Source: Dimorphilus gyrociliatus | Taxonomy: Eukaryota; Animalia; Annelida | DNA: 41,537 bases | NCBI GenBank assembly: GCA_904063045.1 | Contig: CAJFCJ010000049.1 | Span: forward strand, 168,501-210,037 | Direction: 5' to 3' | Part shown: in pieces, positions 23,071-36,030 of the stretch | Layout: every line of letters starts with the position of its first letter | Numbering within the stretch: the stretch's first letter is position 1 | Notes under the pieces: model-generated | Seen by the model: only the letters and a program-made list of their open reading frames with translations | Told to the model about the DNA's origin: nothing | Databases searched by the model: none | Program-made: the position numbers and the translations under genes

Positions 23071-25093
23071 TTGAATTTATATGAGTCAATGTTCTTCTAC
23101 ACAAAAATAAAAACCACATTCATAAGTTGTATAAAAATCTGGAAAATGTTGAAAATTCATTCAACAATGGATTCGAAGGAAATGGCAATTGGTGACAATG
23201 AAAAAACTTGTAAAACAATAGCAGAAGATATTATCCTTAAATTTAAAGATAATATTAAAGACTTAACAGAAATTGGAATCACTAAGAAGAAAAGCTTCTA
23301 GATATAAAGAGAGTAAAAGACCAAAACATCCAAGGGATTTAAATCTGAATGATATTCCAATGGATTTCTTATTGAGGGATATAAAAGAAAGAAAAATCAT
23401 TGTTTTATATTTGGTACAATCATCAAATAAAATTACTGAAATGTAAAATTTGGTTTCATTGATTGTACTTTCCTGCTGAGGTTGTAGGTAAGTACTGGTC
23501 CAAATAGAACCAAACCAGGAGTAAGCCACTTAGAAGAGAGATGTAGAATTGATGAAGGATGAATATAGAACCAAACCGTAAGAATAATATAACTGTAATA
23601 CTAGACCTGTTCACAAAGGGAGTTGATTCAGGACTGAATGCCTGTTACTGCCTACGCCTTGCTTTTATACAATTCCTTATCAGTTGTTTATGCCTTGGCT
23701 GTCAACAACAAGGGTCTAACCCCAGATAAGGATTGTTCACAACAAACAGGGTCAAGGGTTATCATATTATGCAATAGTGATGTAAACAACAACAACTTTG
23801 TGTAGGTTACAAGTCAAGGGTCAATTCTTACATCATATTTATGTAAATAAACACTTATTGTTGTTATCAACATGTTTGTTATGTAACATCTTATCCTTTG
23901 CCTATAAAAGGGGTTGATTCTGGCACTTCGGTACCATCTACCCTAGAGGCAACATCTACTTCAACACTTCTACCATATAGTAAGTATCATTTATAAAATA
24001 TCTATAAACTATCGTTCATAAGTGTACATTGATGCAACATTTAAAGTTGTTAGAAATCCATTTTATCAACTCTTTTCAATTCATGGATTCTTGGAAAAAC
24101 ATGATGAATATCAACAGGCTCCATTGATGTATGCTCTGATGAGTAGCAAGAAGAAAAACTGCTATATTGCTGTGCTTCAGGTTTTAGATATTTCAGTATT
24201 ATAATCACTTTTAATTTATCTGTTTATATTTGAAAGCAGCAGATAAGAAAATTAATCAATGATAAAACATCCAGAAAATGTGTACTTAATTTTGAAAAGG
24301 CTACATGGATGGCACTTAAAGAGCAATTTCCCGATCCTGACCTTCAAGGATGCTTTTTTCATTTCAAACAAGCAGTTTTGAGGAACATTTAGGTAGGTTG
24401 AATAATATTATAAAGCAAATAATTGAATATTTATTTTATTAGAAACTTGGATACACTAATGATTACAAAGAAAATGAATACAAGGGAAAAATGTTACAAA
24501 AATTGTTGTATTTGGTCTATCTTCCTTCAAATTTTATTGAATAAAAGTTTGTCTAACTAACTAAAAGAAGAACTTCATGGAAAGAAATTGTTTTCAGATT
24601 TGTTTGAATATATTGAAGAAACATTCATTAAAAGTAGTACTTAGCCTCCTCAATTCTGGTCTGTTTATCAATTAATTGTGAGAACAAACAATCATGTTGC
24701 TGCATGGCATTCCAGGCTTAACAAAAACTTGAACAGAGATGTAAACTTTTATTCTCTAATAAAAGAATAAAGCAGAGAAGCTGAATTAGTAGAGATCTTT
24801 GGAAAGTTATTGTCTGAAAAATAGTTGAGAAAGATACAAAAGAAGAAGTATAAAGATTTAGAATTTAAAATATTCCAGTTGTGGAGTAAATTTGAATAGT
24901 GAGAATTGAGTTTGAATGAATTATTGAACAGACTTGTTAATTTAAATATTTGTTAAAAGTTGTTACTCCTTGCAGTGCATTTTAGTTATTAAAAAGTCTA
25001 TATGTCTCAAACTTACCACTGACTATTCTTTATAAATTCCTTTTTTTATTTTAAAAATGAATGCTTTAAAATGGGCCGAAATGTCCTGGCCCC
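23071..25093 (+). mobile_element. Mutator (MULE) transposon relic with an intron-containing transposase pseudogene; left end not found
   Basis: CKIWF/IDATFKVVRNPFYQLFSIHGF..QQAPLMYALMSSKK, VLNFEKA..FP..QGCFFHFKQA (CxxH signature), RTNNHVAAWH. Many stops. Right end tgggccgaaatgtcctggcccc at 25072-25093. Confidence 0.85.
23464..24028 (+). mobile_element. Solo LTR (family A), 565 bp, inserted in the MULE transposase
   Basis: TGTA...TACA ends, 5-bp TSD ttgat (23459-23463 and 24029-24033), TATA-like cctataaaagggg near 23901. An inverted copy lies at 39298-39866. Confidence 0.9.
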
Positions 25094-25149
25094 ATATAAT
25101 CTTTATAGCACACATCAGAAAAATCACATTTTTCAACTAGCATTTCTAG

Positions 25150-25910
25150 TTTTCTGATATTTTGAGACTTAGAAATGTTTATATTGAATTTAGAAGTAAA
25201 ACTGACAATATTTCCGATTGTATCTGAGAAAAAAATTTATCATGAGCATGATTCATGATTTTTATTTTGAATAAAAATTGTGAAAAATTTCTTTTACATC
25301 TTTCAAAGAATTCCAATTTGCAATGATTGATGAAAGAAATTGAGAATGAAAATCTTATAAATTCATATTATCATTTAACTTATAGTCAAAATTTTTGATG
25401 TATCAAAGGCACAGAAAGATTACATCATCAAACCTTTCTTGATTAGACTCTGAATAAGATGATTTCTTAAACTTTCTCAAAGTTTTAAAGATTTCTGCCA
25501 TTTGTCTAGCCACAAAGTCTGTTTTATTTTCATGAAGTGGCATATGTCTTGTCAGATATTCATTTCATTACAAACAGTCTGTAATCAGATAATTTAGAGT
25601 TCAAAAAGAGATTTAAGCCTAGAGTACTATAAATTACCTTCATTTATATATACGTATCACTTACTTTGTAGTAGGATCCACTTAGATGTGACTAGACACT
25701 GAAATTCACTGTAATGGATACTTGAATCTGGCTTCATCAGTTGGAAAATATTTAAATTCTTCAACTGAATAATAGGCTCTAATTCAGTAATATTTGTATA
25801 AGACACATTTAAATCTTCTAAAAACTTGGATTATTGCAAATGATTTTGAAATAAGAGTGATCAAAACATGCTTCACTAACATCTAAAACTTTCAGATGTT
25901 GTGTTGATTG
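25150..25910 (-). pseudogene. LRR-protein relic (F-box/LRR- or ZYG-11-like repeats)
   Basis: Manual translation ESFQSTQHLKVLDVSEAC..LEDLNVSYTNITELEPIIQLKNLNIFQL, a GT donor, then a stop-ridden exon. Confidence 0.5.
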
Positions 25911-25985
25911 AAAAGATTCTAAAAGAGAAAAACTTTCCTTCAATTTTTATTTACAACACTAAAGGCTAATTGTATGCAATTGCCT

Positions 25986-26310
25986 TGTAAACTGGTTTAT
26001 CTTTTCCTTTTTAGGCTAGGGTGTCGTTGTAGCACCTTTTGGAGGGTTGCTGATGGCGCTAGGGGCTGTCTGGCTTCGAACTCATGTCCTATCATGATAT
26101 GCTTGACAATTTATTGCTCAATCTTGGGTTCGTTTCTGCACAAGTAGAGTAGCAAGCAAGATATATATATTTTCACATTGCAAACAGCATGTGTTCTTGT
26201 CACTCCCTTTGCTATACTCTGACTGAGGTCTTTGGATAGGAGTCGCGAATTTTTCTGCGCATCTCACTTTCACATTATCTTCCAGGAGCTCTGCTACGCC
26301 TGTTTTTACA
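25986..26310 (-). mobile_element. Possible solo LTR (family D)
   Basis: TGTAAA...TTTACA terminal inverted repeat, GC-richer, with a TA-rich box followed by aataaa on the minus strand. Flanks do not form a clean TSD. Confidence 0.4.
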
Positions 26311-26974
26311 TTTCCAAGTTCATTAATAACATAAAATTATTAAATCAATTTCTCTCTTTAATTCATCTACAATGCAAGCACCTATAAACATTATAAGATT
26401 TATATATATATACAAGAGAATAAAGGACGCAGAAGTATTATATTTTTGTTAGGAATATTTATTTAATTTTGAGAGAACATAGTTGATTTTTTCAGTTGTA
26501 ATAGAATGCAATTTTCTCCAACATACCAATTTGTTAGAAAAAGCTATATGTTGTTTAAAAATCAACCCAATGAAACTAAAAACAACAATGTAAAGTCAAT
26601 ACACAAGATTTCAATACTTATCAACAAAGAAATGCTGATGATCCACCAGACTACATAATGGAGTCTTTGAAAAAGGACAAAGAACTTTTCAAAAATCATT
26701 AAAACTTTGTTGATTAGACAACTTTCTAACTGAATAGAAAATATTAAGAATTTGAAAAAAAAATTAGAAGAAAACATTACTTCTTGAGTTTTTTAAAATT
26801 TTTGTGTGATGAGTAACGATTCATTAATGATTCTATGAAATAACTCTCATAGATTTTATTAGCAGTATTTTATTAAAAACTGGTATTTTATCTGTTGTGA
26901 AAACCTTCAACAAAGAAAAAGAGATATTTTTGCAGTTTTGCAGTATTTTATAAAAACTTTCAGAAAATTATCCG

Positions 26975-27099
26975 TGAAAATTATTATTTACAGTGATCTT
27001 ATTTTGCAAATATATCAAAGTAGTCAAAATATTAAGTGAATGGTATGGACGAACTCAGTACCAAGACAAGTCAGGATTGTCATTGAAAACCTTAGCCAT
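26975..27099. repeat. 125-bp dispersed repeat, copy 1
   Basis: Collinear with 35802-35926. Confidence 0.85.
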
Positions 27100-27486
27100 A
27101 AGTGGATTGTATCGTAGAATATTGCTAACTGATGATGGTGCCATCTCCAAAACCCTTGCTGTTGCTCATAATGTTCCTATTTTCTTAGTAGAAGATCCCT
27201 AATGTCTTTACTCCACGTCATAGTTAAATAAATACAGTGAAAATTAACTAATATAATTAAAATTGACAATAATAGATAAACTTAATTTGGAGAATTGGAT
27301 AAGTCCAAAAAATTTCCCAAATATCATCATTTTCTCAAGTTTTTTTCAATATTACGTAAATACTATTCTTTATCTATTTAAAATTAGACAAAATAAACTA
27401 TTTTTGTGGGAAAAAACATTTTTGACCGTTATTTCAAATTTGGCCTACCAAATTTTAGGGTGTTCCAAAATTTATGTGGATTACTG
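27100..27486 (-). mobile_element. 5' fragment of a Tc1 element related to 12150-13664
   Basis: Ends ..gattactg|ta (CAGT terminus plus TA). Relic GTL*ATARVLEMAPSSVSNILRY parallels GKLRGMARVLGMASSSVRNIINY. Shared spacer aaattagacaaaa..ttggcctacc. Confidence 0.75.
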
Positions 27487-28309
27487 TATAAACAACCTTG
27501 TCTGTAAAAAGCTTGGGTCACATGACTATTATTGATTTATTTTTTGTCCACGTTTTTTCTAAGAATTAATGGCGAGGAATTTTTTGTTGACGCAGTAAGA
27601 CTGTTAGAGTGTCATAGGGAATAAAGTGAATATTTTAAAATCTAACAATTCAAGATAACTAAGGATGATAGTTGTTTAATAACATTTAACTGTAGAGTTA
27701 TTTTGTTAAAGAAATAAGATCATTTGATGTTTATACAAGCGCTTTTGGTTGCAGAGAATTTTATTGATTTTCCAAGAGTACACCACATTATCATTCAGCA
27801 GAGAAGCGATGCTTTTCCAGTTTTTCATGTGGCTATTGTGTAAGTTATTTTAACAAAAACATCAATGTCTGCTATGGTAAATACTATTTATTATGCAATA
27901 TTCGAAATAATTAATAAAAAGAATTAATTTATACAGTACAGAAGTGTAAATCAGACTGATACACCAGCAGTAACTTTTACACATGAAGAACAAGCTCGAA
28001 CATCTCGATGCAAAAAAAATATTCGTAGCTGTATTCTATTTTTCGTTGTTGTTGTCTTAGCAGGCTCCTTAATATCTTATTACGTAGTGTCTAGGTATAG
28101 CATAAAACCAAATAGAGATGGTAATTTTATGATAAAACCAAAGATAAAATCAGGTAATCATGATTTAAAATGTGCAAAATTCTTATTTCTATAAATAGAT
28201 TATCATTATAGTTGAACAGGATTATGCTAAACTATCTTTTGAAATATCGGCTAGAAATAAAAGTTTTTGCAAAATTACTCGACAAATGGACAAAAGTAAG
28301 TAAAATATA

Positions 28310-28392
28310 TGGATAGAGAGAAGAGTGATCAGCCAGTGGAGTGAATGAAAGAGAGCTAGATAGATAGTAGATAGATAGAGAGAGAGATGGAA
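28310..28392. repeat. Intronic (GA)/(GATA) low-complexity tract
   Basis: Direct reading: tagatagatagtagatagatagagagagaga. Confidence 0.8.
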
Positions 28393-31300
28393 AGAAACAA
28401 TAATAATCTATTTATAGAATTCCTTCTCTTTTAAGATGAAGAATTGTATTGGGACATAACAAGTTATGCTTTCAAAAATTCGGAAGAATGTATAGTACAT
28501 GGACCATCTATTGACATTACTGGATCTATCTGTATCACTTATTTATATAAATCGAAAAACACCAAATTCAAGGTAACATTCCATTTTGTATTTTATCTTT
28601 CATTCTTACTTTAAAATTTCTTTACTTTATCAGATTTTAGCCACAAATCAAAAATATCAATACTATTCTGACTATAAATTCTTCTTTGACAAACAATGGA
28701 ATACAAGAACAATCAACTTTGATTATAACTGTAATGATATAATAGACTTAAACTAAATTTTCCGTTATTTTTTAATGTTTAATGATAATTAGATGCAGAA
28801 CCATGGAAAATTTCATTTAATGTATTTACACCTTTTCAAAGGAAAGTTTTGGAAGGAAATTTAAAAATTAAAAGATTATTAATCAGAAATTCTATGTGCA
28901 AAAAAGGAATTTTGAAAAAAGCAAAGAAAAGTTTTTATAATTATTTAAAATTTGTATCTAAAAGCTAATTAAACTTTTCATTTTAGTTGATCAATTGTCT
29001 TGCGAATTTATTGATGGATTGTGTGGATATTCTATTATGAAAGTTACTTCTGGACGTAAGGGTACAATAGTAATATCTCCTTTATATCAATTTGAAAAGG
29101 GATCGGCATGCATTCAGCTAAACTTTAAACAGAATGCAAAGGTCAGTGATTTTACAATTGAAGGAATTGATTTAAAGGAATTATAATTGAATACTCTTTT
29201 AGTATCCTATAGCCGAGTGCAACGTTTTCCTTAATCAATTCTTTGTAAAATACACAAATAAGTTTGTAAAAGTTTCAAGAATAACTTGCCAAACTATGGT
29301 AAAATATTCTAATTTAGATATTCCAGTAAATTCTAAACAGGTAATAAAAAAAAGAATTCCAATTTGTCATTTAGCTAATGAAAATTTTTTTTTTATAGTT
29401 TAAAATTGAAATGAGTGCTGAAAATATTGAAATTAATAGAATAAAAATATATTCTCAATCGTGCAATCAACTGAAAAGTAAAAATTTAAATTACTCCATT
29501 GATTTTTTTAAATTCTTTTGAAAATAGATGAAAATTCTCCAATTGAAAATTTTACTTCTCTATTTGGAAAGTTTAATATGGTAACAAATTATTCAGAGAG
29601 TAGCACACCCAACAATTGCATACCAATTGATAAATGTTTGTATTTTTTAAATATATAGATGTATAGACTAATAGATTTTGGTGGCAAAATGGCAAAATTT
29701 AGGATTAGTACATAAAACAACTATTGTCAATGGAATTCTATTTCTTTTTCTAGGTCATTCCTTAAGTTACATTAAATTTATTGATAAAAGATTGGAATCT
29801 ATAAAAGTTATTGAGGATGGCAATGATAAATGCTTGTACACTATATTCCTATCGAATTCTGAGAATACTGTGAATGTTGGTATTCTTCTCAATCTCTTTT
29901 TTGTCTTTCCTTTTGTAATTGTTTTAAACCTTTTTTTTTGAAAACAAAAATAAGTTGAATGTTGAAGAGTCCAACAATTCAATTTATCATTTAGTTTCTT
30001 ATAAAAGTGAAAATTTTGAATCGAAATTAAGTTTAAATGGATTTAAAAATTTTAAAGTAAGTTGTTTAATTACTAATCAAACAAAATTTATACTTTTTCT
30101 TTCTATTTTCAGGTGATAATTGAAAGAAATTCAGAATATATATTCAATCCTATTTATAACGTTAAATTTGAAATTAACTACTGTAAAAATGGGAATTCAT
30201 TGAAAGAAGCTTCTTTTGATTGTAATTTCCAGAAGGATATATGCGATTATCGTATTTTAAAAACAACATCCAATTTTTACTTCAAGTGGCAAATGCAAGG
30301 AGAAAGAGGTATAGAATATTGTTATTTTTAGTTATCCATTTATTCATCCATCCATCCATCAGATTTTAGCTTGGTTTTGGAAAAGACTAAATATGAAACT
30401 AATGGAGTTGCAATACTAATTTCACCAATTATTGAAGGGAAAACACCAAAACATTTAAGATTAGAAATGAGCAATAACAATGGAATGAAAACTGTTAATT
30501 TGATGGAAAGACAAAAAGAGAAATATTTCACTCATACAAGAAAGATAAGGAAGAATTTCTTCTGTAATCAAACAATATTTTTGGAATTAAGCCAACAAGT
30601 TAATCAGGTAAAAGTTAATAATACTTAAAAAAAAGATCACACCTTTATTAATTATTATTCACACAAAAAAAAGTTTAAGCTTGAAATGAAAAGCAGTGAC
30701 TTTGAAGTTGGAGATGACGCAGTAAGATTGTTTTCTATTTCCAATGGAGATTACTATAAAAACAGTAATGTTTATTTAAATATATTTTTGAATAGACTAT
30801 CTTATTATCCTTGATTGTTGTAGGTCTTCTACTGTCCTGTAATTTTCTTTATAAGCCATGTCAGACAAAATTTTCATTGGATAAACAAACTTTTACCCAA
30901 TGTAAGTAGATGTTAAATTACCATTGATTTTCCTTGTTGTTTGTTTATACTTTTGTTACTGTTGGAACCAAGGTGGTGGCAATTGGAAATGGCAAACATT
31001 TACTGATGCAAATCCAAATCAAAAAAGTATTTTACCGCATTTGTTTATTCCAAAAATATCTGGTAAAAGGGTGATATGTTTGGAATTTGATTATAAAGAT
31101 CCTAACGAAATTCCGAATGTTGATAGTTCTATAACAGTAATAATACTAAAATTGTAATAATGGCTTTTCAACTAAAATAATAATTATTAATTATTGACAG
31201 ATTAGTCAAATTGGATGGAAAGAGAATCCATCATTTGTAAAACATGTCGCTTCCATTGAATATAAATTCACTAACAGGACGCAAATTGAATTTTACTCAT

Positions 31301-31974
31301 ATAGTTCGCCTAAAACTGTAAGTTCTCACCAAAAAAAAGTTGGTCAAATTTTAAAATATAAAATGTCTTTTTTTTTTCAACAGATTGAAATTATTTTCAA
31401 GCAATTCAATTATGAAAATGTCAAATTGTATTATGTCGATATTTTAGATGGTTATTGCAGAAATCCATTATTTCCAAGATATGATAAGAAAATGGAGAGA
31501 TTAACCTGTAATTTTAATAATGGATTATGCGGTTATGAAATATTAAATACCATTAATTCTACTTTTGAACTGCGATTTATCAAAGAAATAAAAAGACAAA
31601 GTAAATACTTTTGCTAATTTAAATGTTCAACACTGAAATTTTATCTTTACAATTTTCAGATTATTATCTATCTATATTCTTTTCAAAATATCATACAATT
31701 AAACATGGTGTATCAACAATTTTATCACCAAAAATTCAAGAATTTTCATCCAACAAATGCTTTATAATCAAATTAAAATCAAATAGAGATTTCTCTATTG
31801 ACAAACTAGCTGTTTATGTAAAGAATAGATACGAAAATACTTTCAAGTAGATATTTATCATTTCAACGAATTAGTTAGTTTCATCTCTTTTTTTTATTGC
31901 AATAGGAAAATTCAAAATGGAATAGAATATGGTCAAGTCAACATTTCAAAAACTGTTGAACAGGTATTTTTGAA

Positions 31975-32145
31975 GGGTATGAGAGAAAACGGCCCATTTT
32001 TCTTGGTGTTTTACCCTAAAACCAACCCAACATTTAACAGGCCTGCATGAATTGAAAATACTAAATGAAAATATTTTTAAGCCTACAAATAACCAAAACC
32101 CTACCCTAAACTATAGAAGCCTATTGGGCTGTTTTCTCCAGGCCC
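31975..32145 (+). mobile_element. MITE family copy in an intron of the MAM gene
   Basis: IR gagaaaacggccca / tgggctgttttctc, ends gggtat / ggccc, core accctaccctaaa. Confidence 0.75.
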
Positions 32146-35100
32146 TGATAACGATAATAATCATTCTTTTTCCAATAGATAAAACTGGAATTTAATAGTT
32201 TTGATTTTGAATTTTTAAGAATGAATTATAGATCATATATCTATTTCAACAGTTTTACATTGAATTATTTGCCTTGTGAACCAGGTTGGAGTTATTTTTC
32301 TCTGGTGTTTTTCTGACCTAAATTCTATTTCAGTTGAAGAATGTTATAAGAACAACTACATTTGCGATTTAAAAATTTTAAAACAAAAAAATTCTTTCAA
32401 TATTCAATCTATTTCATTTTATGACCAGAAATCCAAATCAAGATGTAATAAATGATTTTTTTATCAATCTGCCTTTCCCATCTCTGCTACTCTCTTTTCC
32501 AGACAACAAAGGCCTACTTATAAAAATGAAAGATATTTCTAATCGAAGTGACAACTACCTCACTTTTGAATCACCTTTTTATAATACAAATAAAAGTTGC
32601 TTGTCACTTAATATTCAAGTTCTACAGCCGCCTTCAGGAGTTATTCAAGTAAAAGACATTTTGATATTTTAATCTATATGAAGAATTATCTCTCTTCCAA
32701 CTCAATCTTTAGATGTTTATTAAGAGAAGAGGATTTGGTAAAAGAGACCGTTTTATATTTTATCATTCATTGAATTTAGCAACAACTACTGCTAAAAGAG
32801 CTGAGGAAGAGTATTATTGTATTTGTAACCTACCAAAACAAGAAGAATTTCAAATCTTGTTAAAAATCTTAAAAAGCTCATTACGATTGAAAAAGATTTC
32901 GTTTCAAGGTGAGGGATTATGCAACCATCAATATGACATAGACGAAAGTAATGAGAAAGCCATAAGTATGTATATTATTATTGGAAAAAATATCTATTTT
33001 ATCTGTTGTCTTTTGCACTTTTTTGTCATTTCAGAATTTGACTTTGGCAGTTCTCATCACAACTTTAAAGGAAATGAAAATTTACTCAATTCAAAATATA
33101 TTTGGAACCGATTTAAAGATAATCAAATCTTTTACTGTAATATTTCTATAATTGGTAATAGTATTGATAATAATTCTAATATTTCCATAAGCCTACATCT
33201 TTGGTATTGTTAATGAAAATGGTGAAAAACTTTCAAAAGCTCAACTAATCTCACCAATCCTGAATTTAAAACCAACTATTAGCTGTATCAATTTGCTTAT
33301 TGGTTCAAAAGAACACTTAACCGAACCGTTGAATCTGTATAGAGAACCAGTAAGAAGAAATCAAAAAGGAGAGAATATGAAAGAGTGTGAAAATTTTTTT
33401 GTCTAATAGCTAACTAAAAAGATTACAGAGGATCACTTTCTGTTTGTTTTCTTTTTAAAGGAGAAGACAGCAGTTTGGAAAAATAACAAAACTTTCAAAA
33501 AGAACATCAGTTTTTACTTATCCCATTAAATTGAATGTAGATGAGGTAAAGAGCATATTTCCAATTGGTATGAATTGATACATTTTATATTGTAACTTTA
33601 AAACATAGCCCTTAAGAGTTATAATTGAAGCTGACTCCTCAAAACATCCAACCATGTTTATAAAAATAATTTCATTTAATCAATGCAGCATTGATGGTTT
33701 GTCCATTGTTTTTTAAACAACAAACTAATATCCCTGCTTTCTACTAGAATTAGAAGAAAGAGCAAACTTAAAGTTGTTATGCAGAGACAAGGGGAAAATT
33801 ACACCATTCGAGGAGAATTTAAATAATCTGCCATACATTCATGTGAGCTATTTATAGAAATTTTGGAGGAAATGTTCCATTTTTTGAAATATTCTTAAAA
33901 TGATTATATTATTTGTTTTGTTTAAAGTCATACATTTCAAGAGAAAATGGATTTATATCGTGTCCAAGTTCACTAATCCATTCAAGATATGCCATTGTTG
34001 CTGAACCCTGCTTCCAAGTGTACTTTATTCATAAAACGTTTTGTATTTTTTACATTTTCTTCTTTAAAGTATCATGATACAGAGGATTCAAACTAAGGAA
34101 AAGAAATGGTTTAAAAACACCTATATCAATATTATTGATAAATCATTACAAAAAGTTACTAAAGTTGGAATTGACAGAATATATAAACCTCAAAATTTAA
34201 ATTTTACAAATGATAAAAATCAAGTGATCATTCTTGTTCTAAGTAGAGATTACAATTTAAAATCCGATTTAAGTTTCCCCTGTCTTAGACAGAATCATTT
34301 ACAAAAGTCACAATTGGAAAATTGTTATATTCAGTGTGAAACTAAAAGTAAGAAAATCAATTTTTCTCTATCCGAACATCAAATAGAAAACAATAACTTG
34401 TTTCATATAAAAAAAACAGAACCAAACCTTTACTATAAAGGATTAATGCTTCCCATAAAATTCTTGGACAACGGACTTGTATTTACAATGGCTAAAGTAA
34501 AAGTAGGTCACCACTTAAAATGTTTGTTTGTCAGTCTGACGATGAATTTCTCTTTGAACATTTATTTAGGTACCAATCTCTAGAGGTCCTATTTTATGTC
34601 TACATAACAAACAATGGATATTTTATGGAATTTTTACATTAAAACCCGTTAATTTTGCTAATTACTATGCTGCAAATGTAAGTACTTTCTAGCAGACAAA
34701 CACAATACTAATATATTCACTAATGTTAAACTGTTTCCTTCTTATAGATACCAATGCAATATGAATGGATTATGAATTTCATCAAGAGAGATTCAATTCT
34801 TAATTAGACACTTCTCAATGCTATGCTTTATTTAAATTAATTGATTTAAGGAAAATAGAGGCTTCCCTTTCATTCTTGGCCTAAGAATTATCAAATTATT
34901 ATCAAATTAACATACTTTTCAATGAAACTGTCTTCTAAATTAGGTTGCAATCTTATCCAATTTTTTACCTACATGGAAAATACTTGGTTAAATAATGATT
35001 TGTTCTATCCTTCCAGATAGTTTGTATATGGTTTGGTGATTGGAACAAACAATCATTGTGAGTGTATCATAGAAGACTCAATTCAAAAGTGGAAGCCAAC

Positions 35101-35443
35101 TACTCATTTTACAAACTGATAGATTCCATTCAACACAAAGCTGAAGTAGTCCTAGTCTACCAAAAATTGTTAAATGAAAGTAAAATATTCCAATATCAAA
35201 AGAAATGTTATCAGAATCGGTAAAAGGTTTTTTTTACTTGCTTATGTACTTTATTTTGAATAATACATTTAAATTAAGCATTTGTTTAGATGTTAGAGTA
35301 GAACCAGTACTGCTGTAACTTACAAATACTCCCATTCCTTCTCACGTGTTCTCTAATACAGTCACAGATGCCAATTTTCGTGTGATACCTTTTTTTGACA
35401 ATTTTTACTAATTTTATCCACTTAAGGAAGCAATGCCCCCGCA

Positions 35444-35630
35444 GGATGCTGGACAAAATGTCCCCATTTTTACTCTAACCCTAACCCAACACTGGGTAAA
35501 GTAATTCTGCTTCTTTGTCCCTAACCTTCAATTTGACCTTGACATAGACAGAAATCAATGCAATTGAATTTTTCTTAACCCTAAAAAAGCCCCAAACCTA
35601 GCCCCTTCAGGGATATTTTGTCTCAACCCC
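35444..35630 (+). mobile_element. MITE family copy
   Basis: IR gacaaaatgtccc / gggatattttgtc, ends ggatgc / acccc, core ctaaccctaaccc. Confidence 0.75.
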
Positions 35631-35801
35631 TAAAAAATTTAGCATATTATAATTTATAAAAGTTACTACTGAAAATATGTGGTCACATTTTATCCAAAAG
35701 CTTTAATGATGTTATCTGTCCTAGTTTATAATCATTTCAGACATTGCATATTTTATTGGGAATTATAAGAAACTTATCTTTTGATATCCTTTAGTTAGCC
35801 A

Positions 35802-36030
35802 TGAAAATTATTATTTACAGTGACCTTACTTTGCAAATATATCAAAGTAGTCAAAGTATTAAGTGAATGGTATGGACAAACTCGGTACCAAGGCAAGTCA
35901 GGATTGTTGTTGAAAGCTTTAGCCATTTTTCTGAGTTTTCCATTCCTATTAATCCTAGATCTAGTTTTATGATAAAACCAAAGATAAAATCAGGTAACAT
36001 GAATTTGAATTCCTTAATTCTTTTTTAATT
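35802..36030 (+). repeat. Collapsed duplicate of 26975-27099 plus the MAM-gene exon 2 end and donor
   Basis: 35802-35926 matches 26975-27099, and 35965-35997 is identical to 28125-28157 (ttttatgataaaaccaaagataaaatcaggtaa). Confidence 0.8.

Larger units (their letters stand above)
27865..34807 (+). pseudogene. Type II membrane protein with tandem MAM-like domains (at least five clear, up to about eight) and a C-terminal non-catalytic trypsin-like domain; probably decayed
   Basis: N-terminal TM CILFFVVVVLAGSLISYYVV. MAM starts LSCEFIDGLCGY, FDCNFQKDICDY, LSCNFLYKPC, LTCNFNNGLCGY, EECYKNNYICD. Trypsin words CPSSLIHSRYAIVAEPCF, FPCL, GPILC..WIFYGI, YEWI. Stop/frameshift near 28212 and an apparently lost donor near 28910. 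Many short introns. Confidence 0.75.

Noticed and set aside
26060-26090. tRNA B-box-like gagttcgaagcc on the minus strand
   Set aside because: No A box or cloverleaf, and it lies within the possible LTR D.
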